DNA of 64,000 nucleotides from Scyliorhinus canicula (lineage: Eukaryota): positions 26,048,083 to 26,112,082 of the forward strand of contig NC_052160.1 in NCBI RefSeq assembly GCF_902713615.1, in the 5' to 3' direction. This document shows, in pieces, positions 24,284 through 36,984 of the stretch. The first letter of the stretch is position 1. Each line of letters starts with the position of its first letter. Below the pieces are notes generated by a model. The model made no database searches. It was given only the letters and a program-made list of their open reading frames with translations, and was not told where the DNA came from. A program made the position numbers and the translations under genes.

Positions 24284-25021
24284 AACTTAAGATTTGTAAG
24301 TTCCAATTAAAATGCATCTTCAGCTGTGTGGACTGTTCATTACTTTATCAGAATTTAAAAGACCAGAGTTCACAGGCAAACCCGCATGGGAGTGTCAAGA
24401 CATCTTCTGGATTACACACAAAAAAGCTTGTTGAAAGGGTTAATTGTCTTGCAGAGACAAAAAGGGGCGTATAGTGGGTGGATAAATTGGAATGATGCCA
24501 TTCGCATCTCTAAACTTGTTTTTAATTTTTCACTCAAATGGCTGGGAGTAAAAATTGGAGTGCTGCCAAATTCCCGTTATCAAGTTTTTCAAGGAACACA
24601 ATATGTTATTGAAACTCATGGACATATTTCATTTACCCATCTGTTGTTTATAAGTCATTCTGCAATCTCATAATTAAAACATCTGCGTTGTGAGACAGTT
24701 TTGTTTCACCCTACTGAAGACTATCTGTGTCAGGGAAGTTCCAACCCTGAACCAATGAAACACGGCTTGATCACACCTGTCACATGCACTTCAACCATCC
24801 CAACCTCCGCTGAACACCACAAAACCAATACTTTCCTATTCCTACACACGTGATCTCGCACCCTGACCAAAATTCTCTGTGTATCAAAATTACCCTTCAG
24901 TGACAATGCGCAGACAACCCGAAGCTTTCAAATAATCACAGCTCGTAAAAAGTCAAGGTCTGAAGTCAAAGTCTGAATACAAAGACAGTGAATAGTTCAG
25001 AACAATGTTTAAATGCCTAAA

Positions 25022-25200
25022 ACTCTCTCTCTCTCTCTCTCTGGAACTCTTGTCGCTCTTTCTCTTTATCTAACTACCGCTGCCCTTCTCTGTCTCTCCC
25101 TGACTCGCTCTCTTTCGCCCTCTCAACTTTCGCTGTCTCTATCAGTCTCTCTCTCTCTACGTAACTCTCTCTACGTAACTCTGTCTGTCTCTCTTTGTCT
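25022..25200. repeat. CT/GA-rich simple repeat inside the ERV
   Basis: Imperfect (CT)n tract. Confidence 0.85.
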
Positions 25201-26522
25201 AAAATGGAACAAAATTAAAATACAGAACAAAATTTTTCATTCTCCTTCGAAAACTTTATCTGTGTCATTCCATTTAAGTCAATTTCCACTGATTAATTTT
25301 AGAGGCATTAGCTTTTCTTAGAGATGTATATTTCTTTGTGCAGATGACCTGCTTGCTGAAATGGTTAAATTTTTGTACAGAATCAAAAGTGTTGGAGAAC
25401 TTGGCATGGTGCCATCTCCGTCTACTATGTGACCTTAGACATTACCCATCCTTTCTTTCAATTTTCAATGCTCGTTATTTAACCGGTTTTTGGAAAGAGA
25501 CATTACTGGATGTTTATTTTTCTTTTATTTCAAATGAGTTGAATTACTGCTGAATTTATCTGGACGGCTTGAAACGATCTGAAGTTATTCTCGACATGTA
25601 TCCATTCTTAAGTTTCCAACCGTAACCTTGCACTGATCTTCCTCCCCATTTTTTCGTTCTGGGAGTGGAGGGGTTAGTCATTCTCAGATATTCCTGAACA
25701 AAACCAATTGAGTGTTTTAGCCCCTTTCTGATCTTTTGGACTTCACTTAATTTGATTTTTTTTTTTCTCTCCTTGAGACATTCCGGGACAGTTGTTAGCC
25801 GTAATTGTTGGCAGTTTTGTGAGGTCTTTACACTATCTTTACCCGCTTGATTGCTTTGTTTAAAGGAGTTAGAGCTCAATTCCTTTTAACCAGCCTGTCT
25901 TCCAAATGGTGTGAAGGTTGAATTTATCATTTGTGCTTCTAACTTTATTTGTCTTATCTTTACTTCTGTGTATCTCACCATTTTTCTCTGTTCCACAGAA
26001 ATCACACCCATCTTTGATCATTGTTTTTTTTAACCAGAGTATTTTGCTCTTCAAAAACCAAAAAAAAAAAATTTTTAAACTGACTTTTTTACTAATTTGG
26101 CCTTGATACTAGATTTATTGGATGTTACCTCACCGTCTGTCCGCCTTGCCAAGTGATTCTAATTTTAGGCGGTCAAAGGTTTGACTACTCGCCTTGTCCA
26201 CCGGCTCGAGCGGCGTCCAGCTCAGCAAATCCTTCCAAACTTACACTAAATGTTAGGGGTGAAAATATTCACACAAAGGCCTGAATATCAGTAACAAAGC
26301 AGTTTACTATGTCAGAATTCTGGGAGATAGGATTTGGGAACTCCGCAGTCCCGGACAGCACCTTATCTCACTTAAGCTTAAACTCACATGGATTAATAAA
26401 CAGATTGAAGGCGGATAGCCTAATGACTTGGTTCTTTTTCCATATGTGCCTTCCTTTTCTTTAAGACATTGGCTGTTTTAACTATTCATTTTTCTGTCAA
26501 TTTTATACCCAATTTTAATGCA

Positions 26523-26672
26523 TTAGTTTTCCCCCAGTGGCCATTTTTCTTCTAAATTTTTATGCAATTCTCCTGACAATTGTCTCAGTTGCTTGGAATA
26601 TTCCGGATGTTGTTTACACAAGGTTTGAACTGCGCTTCCACTATCAGAGGTTGTATCTAACGTATTACCCAT
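26523..26672 (-). pseudogene. gag: gag matrix remnant (49 codons)
   Basis: MGNTLDTT... myristoylation-type start and KWPLG motif, then stop; below the ORF-track length cutoff. Confidence 0.6.
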
Positions 26673-27155
26673 CTCTACACTATTGGCAGTTAATGATCCT
26701 TGCGATTATTGTTAATTTGGTGAAATGGTCCTGGACCACTTTATTCAATCTTGAATTTAAACGGAGTTATCCTGCTCCGTTGCCCAATTCAGGCAGGCTC
26801 ATCCGTGCCTGCAAGCCTATCTAACTACAAGGTTATAACGTCCTTGTTATAGTTTTAACTTAGGGTTGATCACGCACCCTCTAAAGCCTCTTATCGCGGG
26901 GGCACTTTTAAACAAAAGCAAGGATCATGATAATGCCGAAACCTCTGTTGTGGCTATTAACTACCAGGGCTACCACCCTTCCTTACGACACTAGTCCCTG
27001 ACTATGTCCATGGCTATAACTGTAGGGGCCAACTCCCTCCCTTAAACGGGTTCGCCGGACTGACCTAGATTTCGTAGGAGCGTCCCTGAGCACTGGCAGC
27101 GGGGCCGAATCGCGGACGGTACAGCGGAGGGGAATACCAAAGTGGCAAAAATTTT

Positions 27156-27164
27156 ACTCACAGT
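27156..27164 (-). promoter_or_regulatory. ERV major splice donor
   Basis: ACT|GTGAGT ~80 nt after the PBS. Confidence 0.6.
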
Positions 27165-27239
27165 GGTGGCCCAATTCCTCCTTCGCTCCCGAACTCGACC
27201 AGTCGCTTACGCCGTCAGCCTCAGCGGAGACTCTTTGAA

Positions 27240-27257
27240 ATCCCACTTCTGACACCA
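27240..27257 (-). other. Primer binding site, tRNA-Leu(CAA)
   Basis: TGGTGTCAGAAGTGGGAT, complementary to the vertebrate tRNA-Leu(CAA) 3' end ...ATCCCACTTCTGACACCA. Confidence 0.9.
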
Positions 27258-27259
27258 AA

Positions 27260-27999
27260 TGTGAATGTGAATCTAATTCACTTGTTTCTCAGTCCAGAAG
27301 AAACAATCTCGAACACGTCCGTACTTCAGAATATTCTTTATTGCGATCGGAGCTGCTCTCTAGGTATTCCAAAGAACCACCTCTCTGAGAGTGCCAAAGT
27401 CTTGCTCAAAGCACCTTTCCTTTATATGTTTTTTAAGGGGTTGTCTCTTACATTCACTTGAGCTGGCCCCAATACAGATTACAGCTTGTTTTTATCAAAT
27501 GTCCAGTACATGACATGATTAATTTGTTATTGTCATATATTTTCAATACATAATCCCACAGACATTGAGATAGACATTTTGCGGTTATCTCGTGGCACAA
27601 AAGCGTATAGCAATTTTAGCAAAACACCAGGTGTCCAGCCATGATTTATAAATGGCTCTTACATTGGTTATCACAATAATTCCAATACATGATTTTACAA
27701 ACCTTGAAGTTATCTATTGGCATATGATAATGTAGCAGCTCTAGCCTAACTAGTAGCTTAATTGGTAAATGGTAGTTATAATTGCAAGCGGCCTCCATCT
27801 TTCATATCTCATCATCCGGCCATTCGCCTTGTTTCTCAAGGTTGTGTGGCTTATAGTCACACTCCCTTACCTTGAACATCCTGCAATGGCTTCAATAACA
27901 TATTCTTACATATTCATTTAATTTGTGATGTCCCACCTGGTTCTTTCTGTTTCTGGCTATTAACCCTTACTTCACATACTTCCCTGCTTCACATTCTCA
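27260..27999 (-). repeat. ERV 5' LTR
   Basis: 740 bp; 3 substitutions versus the 3' LTR by manual comparison. Confidence 0.97.
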
Positions 28000-29193
28000 T
28001 TACTTGTAGCTAGAGTACAAGTCCTCAAGCCATCTAGAAGTCTAAAGAAAACAAAAACTGTAGTTGTAATGATAGTATTTTGGTTTTTCTCAATGTCAAA
28101 TTATTTAGACAAGAATAGGGTATTTTACAAGAATGGTCCCAAAGCAGAGACGCTTATGTAATTGACTGCAAATGTTGTGAACTTGGACCCCAAATAGAAA
28201 TGTAGCATCTGGTCCATTAAATAATATGCTAAGAATCACATGAACACCATCTGCAAAGTGCCTTGTGAATCATCTTATGACTTCATACTATACAAGTGTT
28301 TGTTTCTGACGGCCAACTGGGTGAACCATCCACTGCCGGATCTAGCTGCTCCAACTTAATATTTATTGAGTCCTGCTCTTATCTGCTAGAATTGTTCATT
28401 ATTTCTTAGTGCAAACCATGATCTAAACCCCTCTCCCCTATCTATTCTCATCTCCAAGAACAACTGTAAGGAGTTCATGCATTTCTTGGTCACTGAGATT
28501 GAGACAATCTGATCTGCTGCCTTGGCTGTGTTCCTTCCTCCCATTAACCCACATTTTCTTTTTTAAATTTAGAGTACCCAATTCATTTTTTCCAATTAAG
28601 GGTCTAAATTGCGTGACCAATCCACCTACCCTGCACAGCTTTTGGGCTGTGGGGGCAAAACCCACGCAAACACGGGGAGAATGTGCAAACTCCACACAGA
28701 CAGTGACCCAGAGCCAGGATCGTACCTGGGACCTCGGCACTGTGAGGCAGCAATGCTAACCACTGTGCCAACGTGCTGCCTTCCATTAGCCCACATGACC
28801 AAAGTTCTGCCTTCTTGCCCCAGCCTTGAACTTGCATATTTCTCTATTTTTCCAGCAATCTCCCCCTTAACATTCCTGTTCCCTTGATCCTATTCCCACT
28901 AAACCGCTGACCACCTAACATATCCTGGTCCTGACATTAGCTGATATTGTAAATGGTTTTCTCTCTCTTCATGTTTTATCCCTCTCTCCTTTAAATCTGT
29001 TATCATCACCCCACTCTAAAAATACAACTCTTGATCCCACCGTCCTGTCAAACAATGTTGAATGTGTTGTCACCTCTTAAATCAGTTTCCATATTTTCTG
29101 GAACTCCCATGTTTGAATCTCCACTCAGACTTCCTCCCCTGCCATAGTACTTCTGTGACTCTGACAAAGGTAAACTTTCCCTCTTGGTTGAAG

Positions 29194-29565
29194 GGTAGCA
29201 CAGTGTTGCTTTACAGAGCCAGGGACCCGGGTTTGATTCCTGGCTTGGGTCACGGTGCGGAGTCTGCACCTTCTCCCTGTGTCTGTGTGGGTTTCCTCCA
29301 GGTGCTCCAGTTTCCTCCCACAAGTCCCGTACCAGCCTCACCGGACAGGCACCGGAATGTGGCGACTAGGGGCTTTTCACAGTAACTTCATTGAAGCCTA
29401 CTCGTGACAATAAAGCAATTTTCATTTCATTTCATTTTCAAAAGACGTGCCATTCTGAATTCTCCCTCAATGTAGCCGAATAGGTGCCTGAATGTGGCGA
29501 CTAGGGGATTTTCACTATAATCTCATTGCAGTGTTAATGAAACCTACTTAAGTGACACTAATAAA
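29194..29565 (+). mobile_element. V-SINE with Rex1-like tail, with a second (TTTCA)n-ended tail nested inside
   Basis: Two copies of 'tgtggcgactagggg(c/a)ttttcac...gtgaca'. Confidence 0.7.
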
Positions 29566-29600
29566 ATTATCTTGACCTGTCTGCAACCTTCGACACAGTT

Positions 29601-30685
29601 TGTTTTTTAAAAAAAAAAAAAAAATTTTTATTGGAATTTTTTACAGAAAATATAACAGACAATGAAAAGCAACAATAAAACACCATAATAACTGTAACAC
29701 CCCCAAGACCGTATCAATGCATGTATCGCACCCCCCTCCCCCAAACCCAGTAAACAACAAGAGAACTTAAAAATAAATTAAAATTAAATAAACAAACATA
29801 GTCAACGTCCCTCCCCCCCCCATCACCCCCGGGTTGCTGCTGCTGCTGACCCAGTACCCTATCGCTGAGCCAGAAAGTCGAGGAAAGGTTGCCACCGCCT
29901 AAAGAACCCTTGTACCGATCCTCTCAGGGCGATTTTGACCTTCTCTAGCTTAATAAAACCCGCCATGTCGTTGATCCAGGTCTCCACGCTTGGGGGTCTC
30001 GCATCCTTCCACTGTAACAAGATCCTCCGCCGGGCTACTAGGGACGCAAAGGCCAGCACACCGGCCTCTTTCGCCTCCTGCACTCCCGGCTCCACCCCAA
30101 CCCCAGAAATCGCGAGTCCCCAGCCTGGCTTGACCCTGGATCCTACCACCCTCGACACCGTCCTCGCCACCCCCTTCCAGAACTCCTCCAGTGCCGGGCA
30201 TGCCCAGAACATATGGGCATGGTTCGCTGGACTCCCCGAGCACCTGACACACCTGTCTTCACCCCCAAAGAACCTACTCATCCTAGACCCGGACATGTGG
30301 GCCCGGTGCAGCACCTTGAATTGGATGAGGCTAAGCCGCGCACATGAGGAGGAAGAGTTAACCCCCTCCAGGGCATCAGCCCATGTCCCATCTTCGATCT
30401 GTTCCCCCAGTTCCCCCTCCCACTGAGCCTTTAGCTCCTCCACTGACGCCTCCTGCATTACCTTGTAGATATCAGATATCTTCCCATCCCCGACCCAGAC
30501 CCCCGAAAGCACCCTGTCACTCACCCCCCTCGCGGGAAGCAAAGGGAATCCCTCCACCTGCCGCCTAGCAAACGCCTTTACCTGCAGATACCTGAACATG
30601 TTCCCCGAGGGGAGCCCAAATTTCTCCTCCAACTCCCCCAGGCTCGCAAACCTCCCATCGATGAACAGGTCCCTCAGCTGTCTGA
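29601..30685 (-). mobile_element. Young 5'-truncated L1
   Basis: Open ORF2 C-terminus (CVRC..HMFWAC), AATAAA and A tail, perfect 19-bp TSD tgcaaccttcgacacagtt (29582-29600, 30686-30704). Confidence 0.95.
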
Positions 30686-31289
30686 TGCAACCTTCGACAC
30701 AGTTGACCACGCCATCCTTCTCTAACGGGTGGGACTTTTCTCACACAGTTCCATTACTATCTATGTAATTGTACCCAAAAAAATCACTCGCAGTGGCTTT
30801 GCTTCCTGCTCCTGCTGCATTACATTTATGTCCCTAAGGATGGATCTTTGCTCCCTCCTATTTTTCAGCTATGTGCTGCTCCTTGTTGACATCATTTAAA
30901 AGCACAGCATTCGTTTTGAATATACATTGATGACCCCTAAGTCCACCTCACTACCACATTTCTCGATCCCTGTTTCTAAACCATCAAGCTGTTATCTGAC
31001 ATTCAGCACACCAATTAAATATTGTTTTCAGTCCCTATTCCAAACTCCATTCCCGAACTGCTATCATCCCTTTCTCTCACTGGCAACAGTCTGGGATTTA
31101 AGCCAGTCTGTTCACAACTATGGTGCTATGTTTGATCCTGAGGTAAAATTCTGACCTCCTATTCGCATCATGACTAAGATCACCTAGTTCTACCTCTAAC
31201 ATTACCTGATTTTTGCCCCAGATCCAGCTTATCCACTGAGATTTGGAAGTGAGAGAGTGGAGAATTCAGAGGAAAAACATTTTACTCTT

Positions 31290-31510
31290 CAAAATAAATT
31301 TAGCGTACCCAATTATTTTTTTTCCAATTAAGTGGCAATTTAGCGTGGCCAATCCACCTAACATGCACATCTTTGGGTTGTGGGGTGAAACCCATGCAGA
31401 CATAGGGAGAATGTGCAAACTCCATACGGACAGTGACCCAGGACCGGGATTCAAACGCGGGTCCTCAGTGCCATAGGCAGCAGTGCTAACCACTGTGTTG
31501 CATGCCGCCA
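31290..31510 (-). mobile_element. A-tailed V-SINE with TSD ggaaaaacattt
   Basis: Direct repeats flank the unit. Confidence 0.85.
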
Positions 31511-32554
31511 CGGGAAAAACATTTTCTACCAGAGCATGGTGAGAATGTGAAACTCACTTGCATGAGGTAGATGAGGCAAATTGCTGGAATGCATTTGAGG
31601 AGAAGCTAAGTAAACACATGGAGAAAAGGAATAAAAGGATATGCTGATCAGGGGAGATGAAATGGGGTAGAAGGCTAGTTCGGGAATGGACCAGTCGAGC
31701 TGCTGGCCAGTTTTTATGCTGTAAGTTCTATGAAAGGTGAACAGAAACTTGGTTGTAAAGATGGGTGGTGTGGAATTTTTAAAGAGTGTGAGGCAGATGG
31801 GATAGAAGAAGAAATTTCATAGATTAGGACCCATATGCTTGAAGGCTGTGCTCAATGGTGGAAAAGGGAGGGAGGGGGGTTCATGTGGGGGAAGAGTCCG
31901 ACGGCTAAAAAAAATGGACATGAGATTTTAGGGCAGATGACTAAAAAGTTTGTTAGAGAGTGTCAAGGTGGAAGAGTGTTCTCGAGCTTGGGGCCGTGGC
32001 GTCTGAAGGCACAGCGCTACCAATGGTGGATCGATTATAATTGTGGATGTTTAAGAGGCCAAAATTAGATGAGTATAGATCTCTCAAAGAGTTGTGGTAC
32101 TGGCATAGTGTACAGGGATAGGAGGGAGGGGGCTATGGAGGGATATGAATATAGAGGTGAGAATTGTAAAATCAAGGTGCTGTTGGATTGAATGAAATGA
32201 AAATCGCTTATTGTCACGAGTAGGCTTCAATTAAGTTACTGTGAAAAGCCCCTTGAAAGTCAATGTAGGTAAACAGGCACAGACGTGACGGGTGAACAGG
32301 ACGTGGCACAAGTTAGGGCACTGGCAGTGGAGTTTTGGATGATGACCTCCATATAGAATAGAGGGGAGAATGTACCAGAGATTAGCCAGGAGTGCGCTAA
32401 ATAGTCAAACTCTAGAGGTAACAGAAGGTACGAAATGAGGGTTTCAGCGGCAGATGAATTGAGAACGGGTGGAGTTGGTGGAGGATAGAGACTTTCAAAT
32501 TTGTGTAGTGGGGGCTCCAATGTTCCATTCCCAAAGTACAATGGCAGCAGTTGC

Positions 32555-32830
32555 TTCCTAACTCGGCCTCGGTGTTGGCGAACCGAGAGTCCGGCCTCTC
32601 TCTCCGGGAATGCCCGAGAGTCCGGCCTCTCTCTCCGGGAATGCCCGAATCTGTCCGGAAGTTGCCGAATGAGCGTCGGCCGCTGTCGGAAGTTGCCGAG
32701 ATCGGCTGGTCGGACCGCGCCGGGGGCCACAGGGTCAGAGTTGGTGGCGATCGGCTCCGTGCCCAGACTGCCGCTCAACCGACGTTAAGGCATTCGGTAT
32801 CGGTCAGGGTCGGAGAGAGTGAACATGAGG
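32555..32830 (+). promoter_or_regulatory. RHOT2: RHOT2 CpG-island promoter with 31-bp tandem duplication and paired ETS sites
   Basis: CpG dense; repeat units 32583-32613 and 32614-32644; CCGGAAGT at 32655-32662 and TCGGAAGT at 32686-32693. Confidence 0.8.
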
Positions 32831-32861
32831 GAAGATGTGAGGATACTGCTGGTGGGAGAAC
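32825..32861 (+). CDS. RHOT2: RHOT2 (Miro2) exon 1
   Basis: MREDVRILLVGE(P); 37 nt; donor C|GTGAGT. Confidence 0.92.
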
Positions 32862-33129
32862 GTGAGTAAAACACAGAGACGGGAGGGAGGGAGAGTTCGG
32901 GGGACAGAGATAGTGGAGGGACTGGGGGGGGGGGGGGGGCATTAAGGTGAGATTTTTAGTGGAATACTTTGTGGATAGTCTCCACACACTCAACAGGCTA
33001 CCCGTCCCCTCATCCTTTTCCCCCTATTTTCATTACGTTATAGCTCGGTTTAGCGTCACATTATGTAAAAAAGACATTGTCTTAAAAATATAACCAAATA
33101 TCCTTGGTTTATTGGTACCCAAATTGCTC

Positions 33130-33830
33130 CCACAGAATAAGACATAGGAGCAGAAATAGGCTATTCGACCCATCGAGTCTACCCCACCATTCAATGAGAT
33201 CATGACTGATCCCATGTGATAATCCACTTTCCTGCCGTATCCACATAACCCTTGATCCCCTTACTGATTAAAAATCTATCTCAGCCTTGAACATACTTAA
33301 TGATCCAGCCCTCTCTGCAATAAAGAATTACTGCCCTCTTTGAGAGAAGAAATTCCTCCTCTTCTCTGTCTTAAACAGATGACCTTACTCTGAGATTATG
33401 CACCCCTGGTCCTAGACTCTTCCACAAAAAGAAACAACCTCTCAGCATCAAGGATGCCTCTCAGCATCTTCCCAGAACAGTCACAGATTTGCTACAGAGC
33501 AGAAGGAGGCTATTTGGCCAATCGAGCCTGCCAAATTGCCAAATGAGCACCTCGCATGGGACCATAATCCTGCACATTCTTGAGATAACAGTCTAATTTC
33601 TATTTGAATTATTTAATTGAACCTGCCTCCACCACACTCTCAGACAGTGGAATCATTCTTGTAAATCTTCTCTGCACTCTCTCTAATGCCTTCACATCTT
33701 TTCTAAAGTGCGGCATCAGAACTGGATGTAATACTGAAACTGAACTAGTGAATTATACAAGTTCAACATAAACTCCTTGCTCTTGTACTCTATGCCCTAT
33801 TAACAAGGTGTAGAATACCGAATGCTTTTT
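33130..33830 (-). mobile_element. CR1 LINE fragments, continuing at ~39067-39200 after nested insertions
   Basis: CR1 3' tails; sequence resumes 'gtattctttattaaccagcttctcaacctgtcc' after the nested block. Confidence 0.6.
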
Positions 33831-34029
33831 AAAAATCTTTTCTTTAAAGGTTTCTCCAATTAAGGGGTAGTTTAGCGTGGCCAGTCTATCTCCGCTGCAC
33901 ATCTTTGGGTTGTGGAGGTAAGGCCTATGTAGACACGGGGAAAATGTGCAAACTTCGCACGGACAGTGACCTTGGGCCTAGGTGCCATGAGACAGCAGTG
34001 CTAACCACTGAGCCGCCCTATATGTTTTT

Positions 34030-36750
34030 TTAAAAAAAAGTTTTTTTATTGAAGTTTTTATTTTAACATAACATAACAAAACCACAGGGATGGGTAGAGC
34101 TTAGCAAATAAAAGTCTCAACATACATGGATACAGAGGGAACAATGCAAAAACAATACTGTATAACTGGCTCAGTACAATCATTAGATTCAACTTGGTCT
34201 ATACACACCACCAAAGAACAATGGAGAGAAAGATAAGGTTTTGAAAACATGCTTTAATCATGTACAACTTCTTGAACGGAGATAGCTCATAACGACCACG
34301 AGAATTCAGGATAATTATTTCCTGCCATTTTCTGGCGTGAACTCCAGAAATACCAGAGGCACCAATGACACACTGCACCCTCCTCCCCCCGGATACCAGA
34401 GCAGTCTGTATCCCTGCAGGAGCCAATCACAGATTCTTAAATCCAACCATAACAAACATAGAAAAATACAAAGAAAATACATGAGAACCCCATTTCTAAA
34501 AGGATGTTTTACACATACCACACTACGCAACATAATCCCAACCTCGGGCACAGTACAGAATGATCATCATTCCAGAGAGAGGGCCAGCAGCAACAGACTC
34601 TGATTATGGTCAGTGCAGTCAGCACCTCCGAATACACTAATCAAGGCAGGATTAATAAGGGAGAACTACCAAGGACAAAAGGTCTCAGAATAAAGGAGGA
34701 CCAAGGTACAACCATAGATCAATATTCCTCCAGTGCACACCCAACACCAAATGATGAAGAAGAGAAAAGGCTGCTTGTTCAGACAAAGGAACACCCCAAT
34801 CATAAGGGGTGTTAGGATATCAACCACTTTGCAGGATCCGGCTCAATCCCAGACCCTGGTGCATTCAGGAGTCAATAAACCAAGGTATTTAAAACACCTC
34901 AAAAACTCAGCCTCTCAGGATGCCCCTAATTTGTGCCTTTGAGAAGAAATGTCCCAATCTTAAGGGGGTAACAGGATGCCAACCACAGCACCGGACCTGG
35001 CCTTGTACAGCACACTCTAACGCAAAGGCATCAATACCCCCAGGATACCCAGCACACTCCAGGGCCCATCACTCAACTGGCCTTGCACCTCACCAAACAC
35101 ACCCAGGGCAGCGCACCAGCCCCATCGTCACTGGAAAAATCACATTAATCTTGATTGAAGAGACCCCACCACCCAAGAGTAGGAGAATCATTAAGGCACC
35201 CTGTAATTGGGCCTCTTGGGAGGGGGCCATTCCACCCAACCCAGAACGATAAGGGGAACTCACCCGTAACTCACTGGACCAAAACAGGGCTTATAACTAC
35301 ACGCTGCTCACCCAGATGAAGAGAATAAAAACCCCCTAAGGGAGGAATGCCGAGAATGTTGAACACAGACCAGCACTGTATGCCATTTCAAGAATAATAT
35401 TAGGGGGACAAAGCAGCGCTACGTCAGCCAAGACAAAAACTGCCGACCCATGGAAGAGCCAGTCACAATGAGGACACTCGGGAGGCCACTATATCAGACC
35501 ACTTCGAGGATGGCGCCTAACTCCACAATCAAGCCTACCGCCAAACCGAAGAAGGGCTCCAACATTGGATAGCATACAAACTGTCACTTCAACAAATCGA
35601 ACAAGAATTAACCCACCACATCCAGGCATGGACTACCACTCATTTTCCCCAACTCCAATAGCTCTAAAAATGCCGACTGCAAAAGAAGAATCAGAAGGAA
35701 CGCAGTCCTCTCTAGGATACATCTGGGTCTTTGAAGGAGACAAGCAAGGATGCTTAACGTTTCAAAGCAGCAAAATGAAAGCCTGAAACAATTAGCTCTA
35801 ACTGGGTATCCTCAATCCAAGTGAGTACTGGCCCCGGGTCACTGTCCGTGTGGAGTTGACACATTTCCCCACCATGTCTGTGTGGGTCTCACCCCTGCAA
35901 CCCAAAGATGTGCAGGGTAGGTGGATTGGCCATGCTAAATTGCCACTCAATTGGACAAAAAAATGAATTGGGTAATTTAAATTCATTTAAAAAACAAAGA
36001 TCTCTCAGAAGTTCCATTAAACGAAGCATGTTCACCTCCGCCATGCCCAGGTGGCTAAAAACGTAGGCCCGAGCTGGGGGGATGACTCGACATGGCCAGC
36101 CACCTCCAACCCCTCACGGTGAGCATCAAGGATAGGACAACATAAGACCAGTGATCAGGACCTCTAACCGACCCCAGGACTCAAAACCTGGATACAATGT
36201 GCTCTGTTGAACCTGATGCACCCAGCCTTCAAATCAAGATTACAAAAGCATGTCAGCTAATTTTCGAACTCAGTCGGGACTTGCCTCCCACTCCTCGCCA
36301 AGAGACTGGGCTCCTGAATACTCCTTGCCAGGTCCCTACTCCCCGAGTCAGTCAGGATGGGTGTCACACCATGTAGTAGGATTCTAAAGATCGAAGACAA
36401 GCTCCCACCAGGGAGATTGCTCTATCAAATATTAGGATGCTCTAATGTGCTTTCACCATTCTCTCAAGGATACTCCGCAGCACATCGAAGTGAGCACCAA
36501 AAATCTGCACCACAAAGTCTAGATCATCATCCAAAGCATCGCTTGCAAAGGCAGCCATCACCTTGAGGCAAACAGTACTGCCGAGGCGCAGACCCACTCA
36601 GTAGCAAAACCGTCACTGCAGGCTGGGCCCCACACCAACCACCTCCGACCATCTCAATCTCAATCGAGAATTCTCTGATTTAACTCAGCTCTTCATCACC
36701 AAACTCCGACCAGGATCATCTAAGAACATAGTCTATCCCAAGTTAAGATA
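34030..36750 (-). mobile_element. Highly degenerate compact L1-derived element (ORF1 traces, ORF2 3' trace, A tail)
   Basis: Minus-strand traces 'NLDLKAGCIRFNRAH' (ORF1-like, ~36200) and 'MSYL..KKLYMIK' (ORF2 C-terminus-like, ~34270); A-rich end at ~34045; SINE nested at 35828-35995. Confidence 0.45.
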
Positions 36751-36789
36751 ATTATGGGATAAATATTAGCATAAAATAAAAGTTAATAA

Positions 36790-36951
36790 ATAGTTTTTGG
36801 CTTTGTAAACAGTTACAGACATCAACAGAAAGAAAGCAAAAAAGGCAAAAATGTGCAAACATCCACTATTCAATACTTCACTCGTAACATACTGCACAAG
36901 CCCGCTCCTCTCCCACCGGTACTACCCGCCATTTTATCCCTCCTACTCTAC

Positions 36952-36984
<33 letters not shown>

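Larger units (their letters stand above)
20061..27999 (-). mobile_element. Class I (gamma/epsilon-like) endogenous retrovirus provirus, defective
   Basis: Paired 740-bp TG..CA LTRs, 4-bp TSD TTAC (20057-20060, 28000-28003), PBS, PPT, RNaseH-IN and gamma-type env. Confidence 0.97.
28300..31235 (+). mobile_element. Degenerate L2 LINE hosting nested SINEs and an L1
   Basis: L2 RT motif LDLSATFDTVDH split at 29582/30686; nested V-SINEs at 28557-28781 and 29194-29565. Confidence 0.65.

Noticed and set aside
36952-36984. Long C/G homopolymers (also ~40588-40648 and ~55296-55328) as functional G4 elements
   Set aside because: Lie within repeats; lengths prone to slippage and sequencing error
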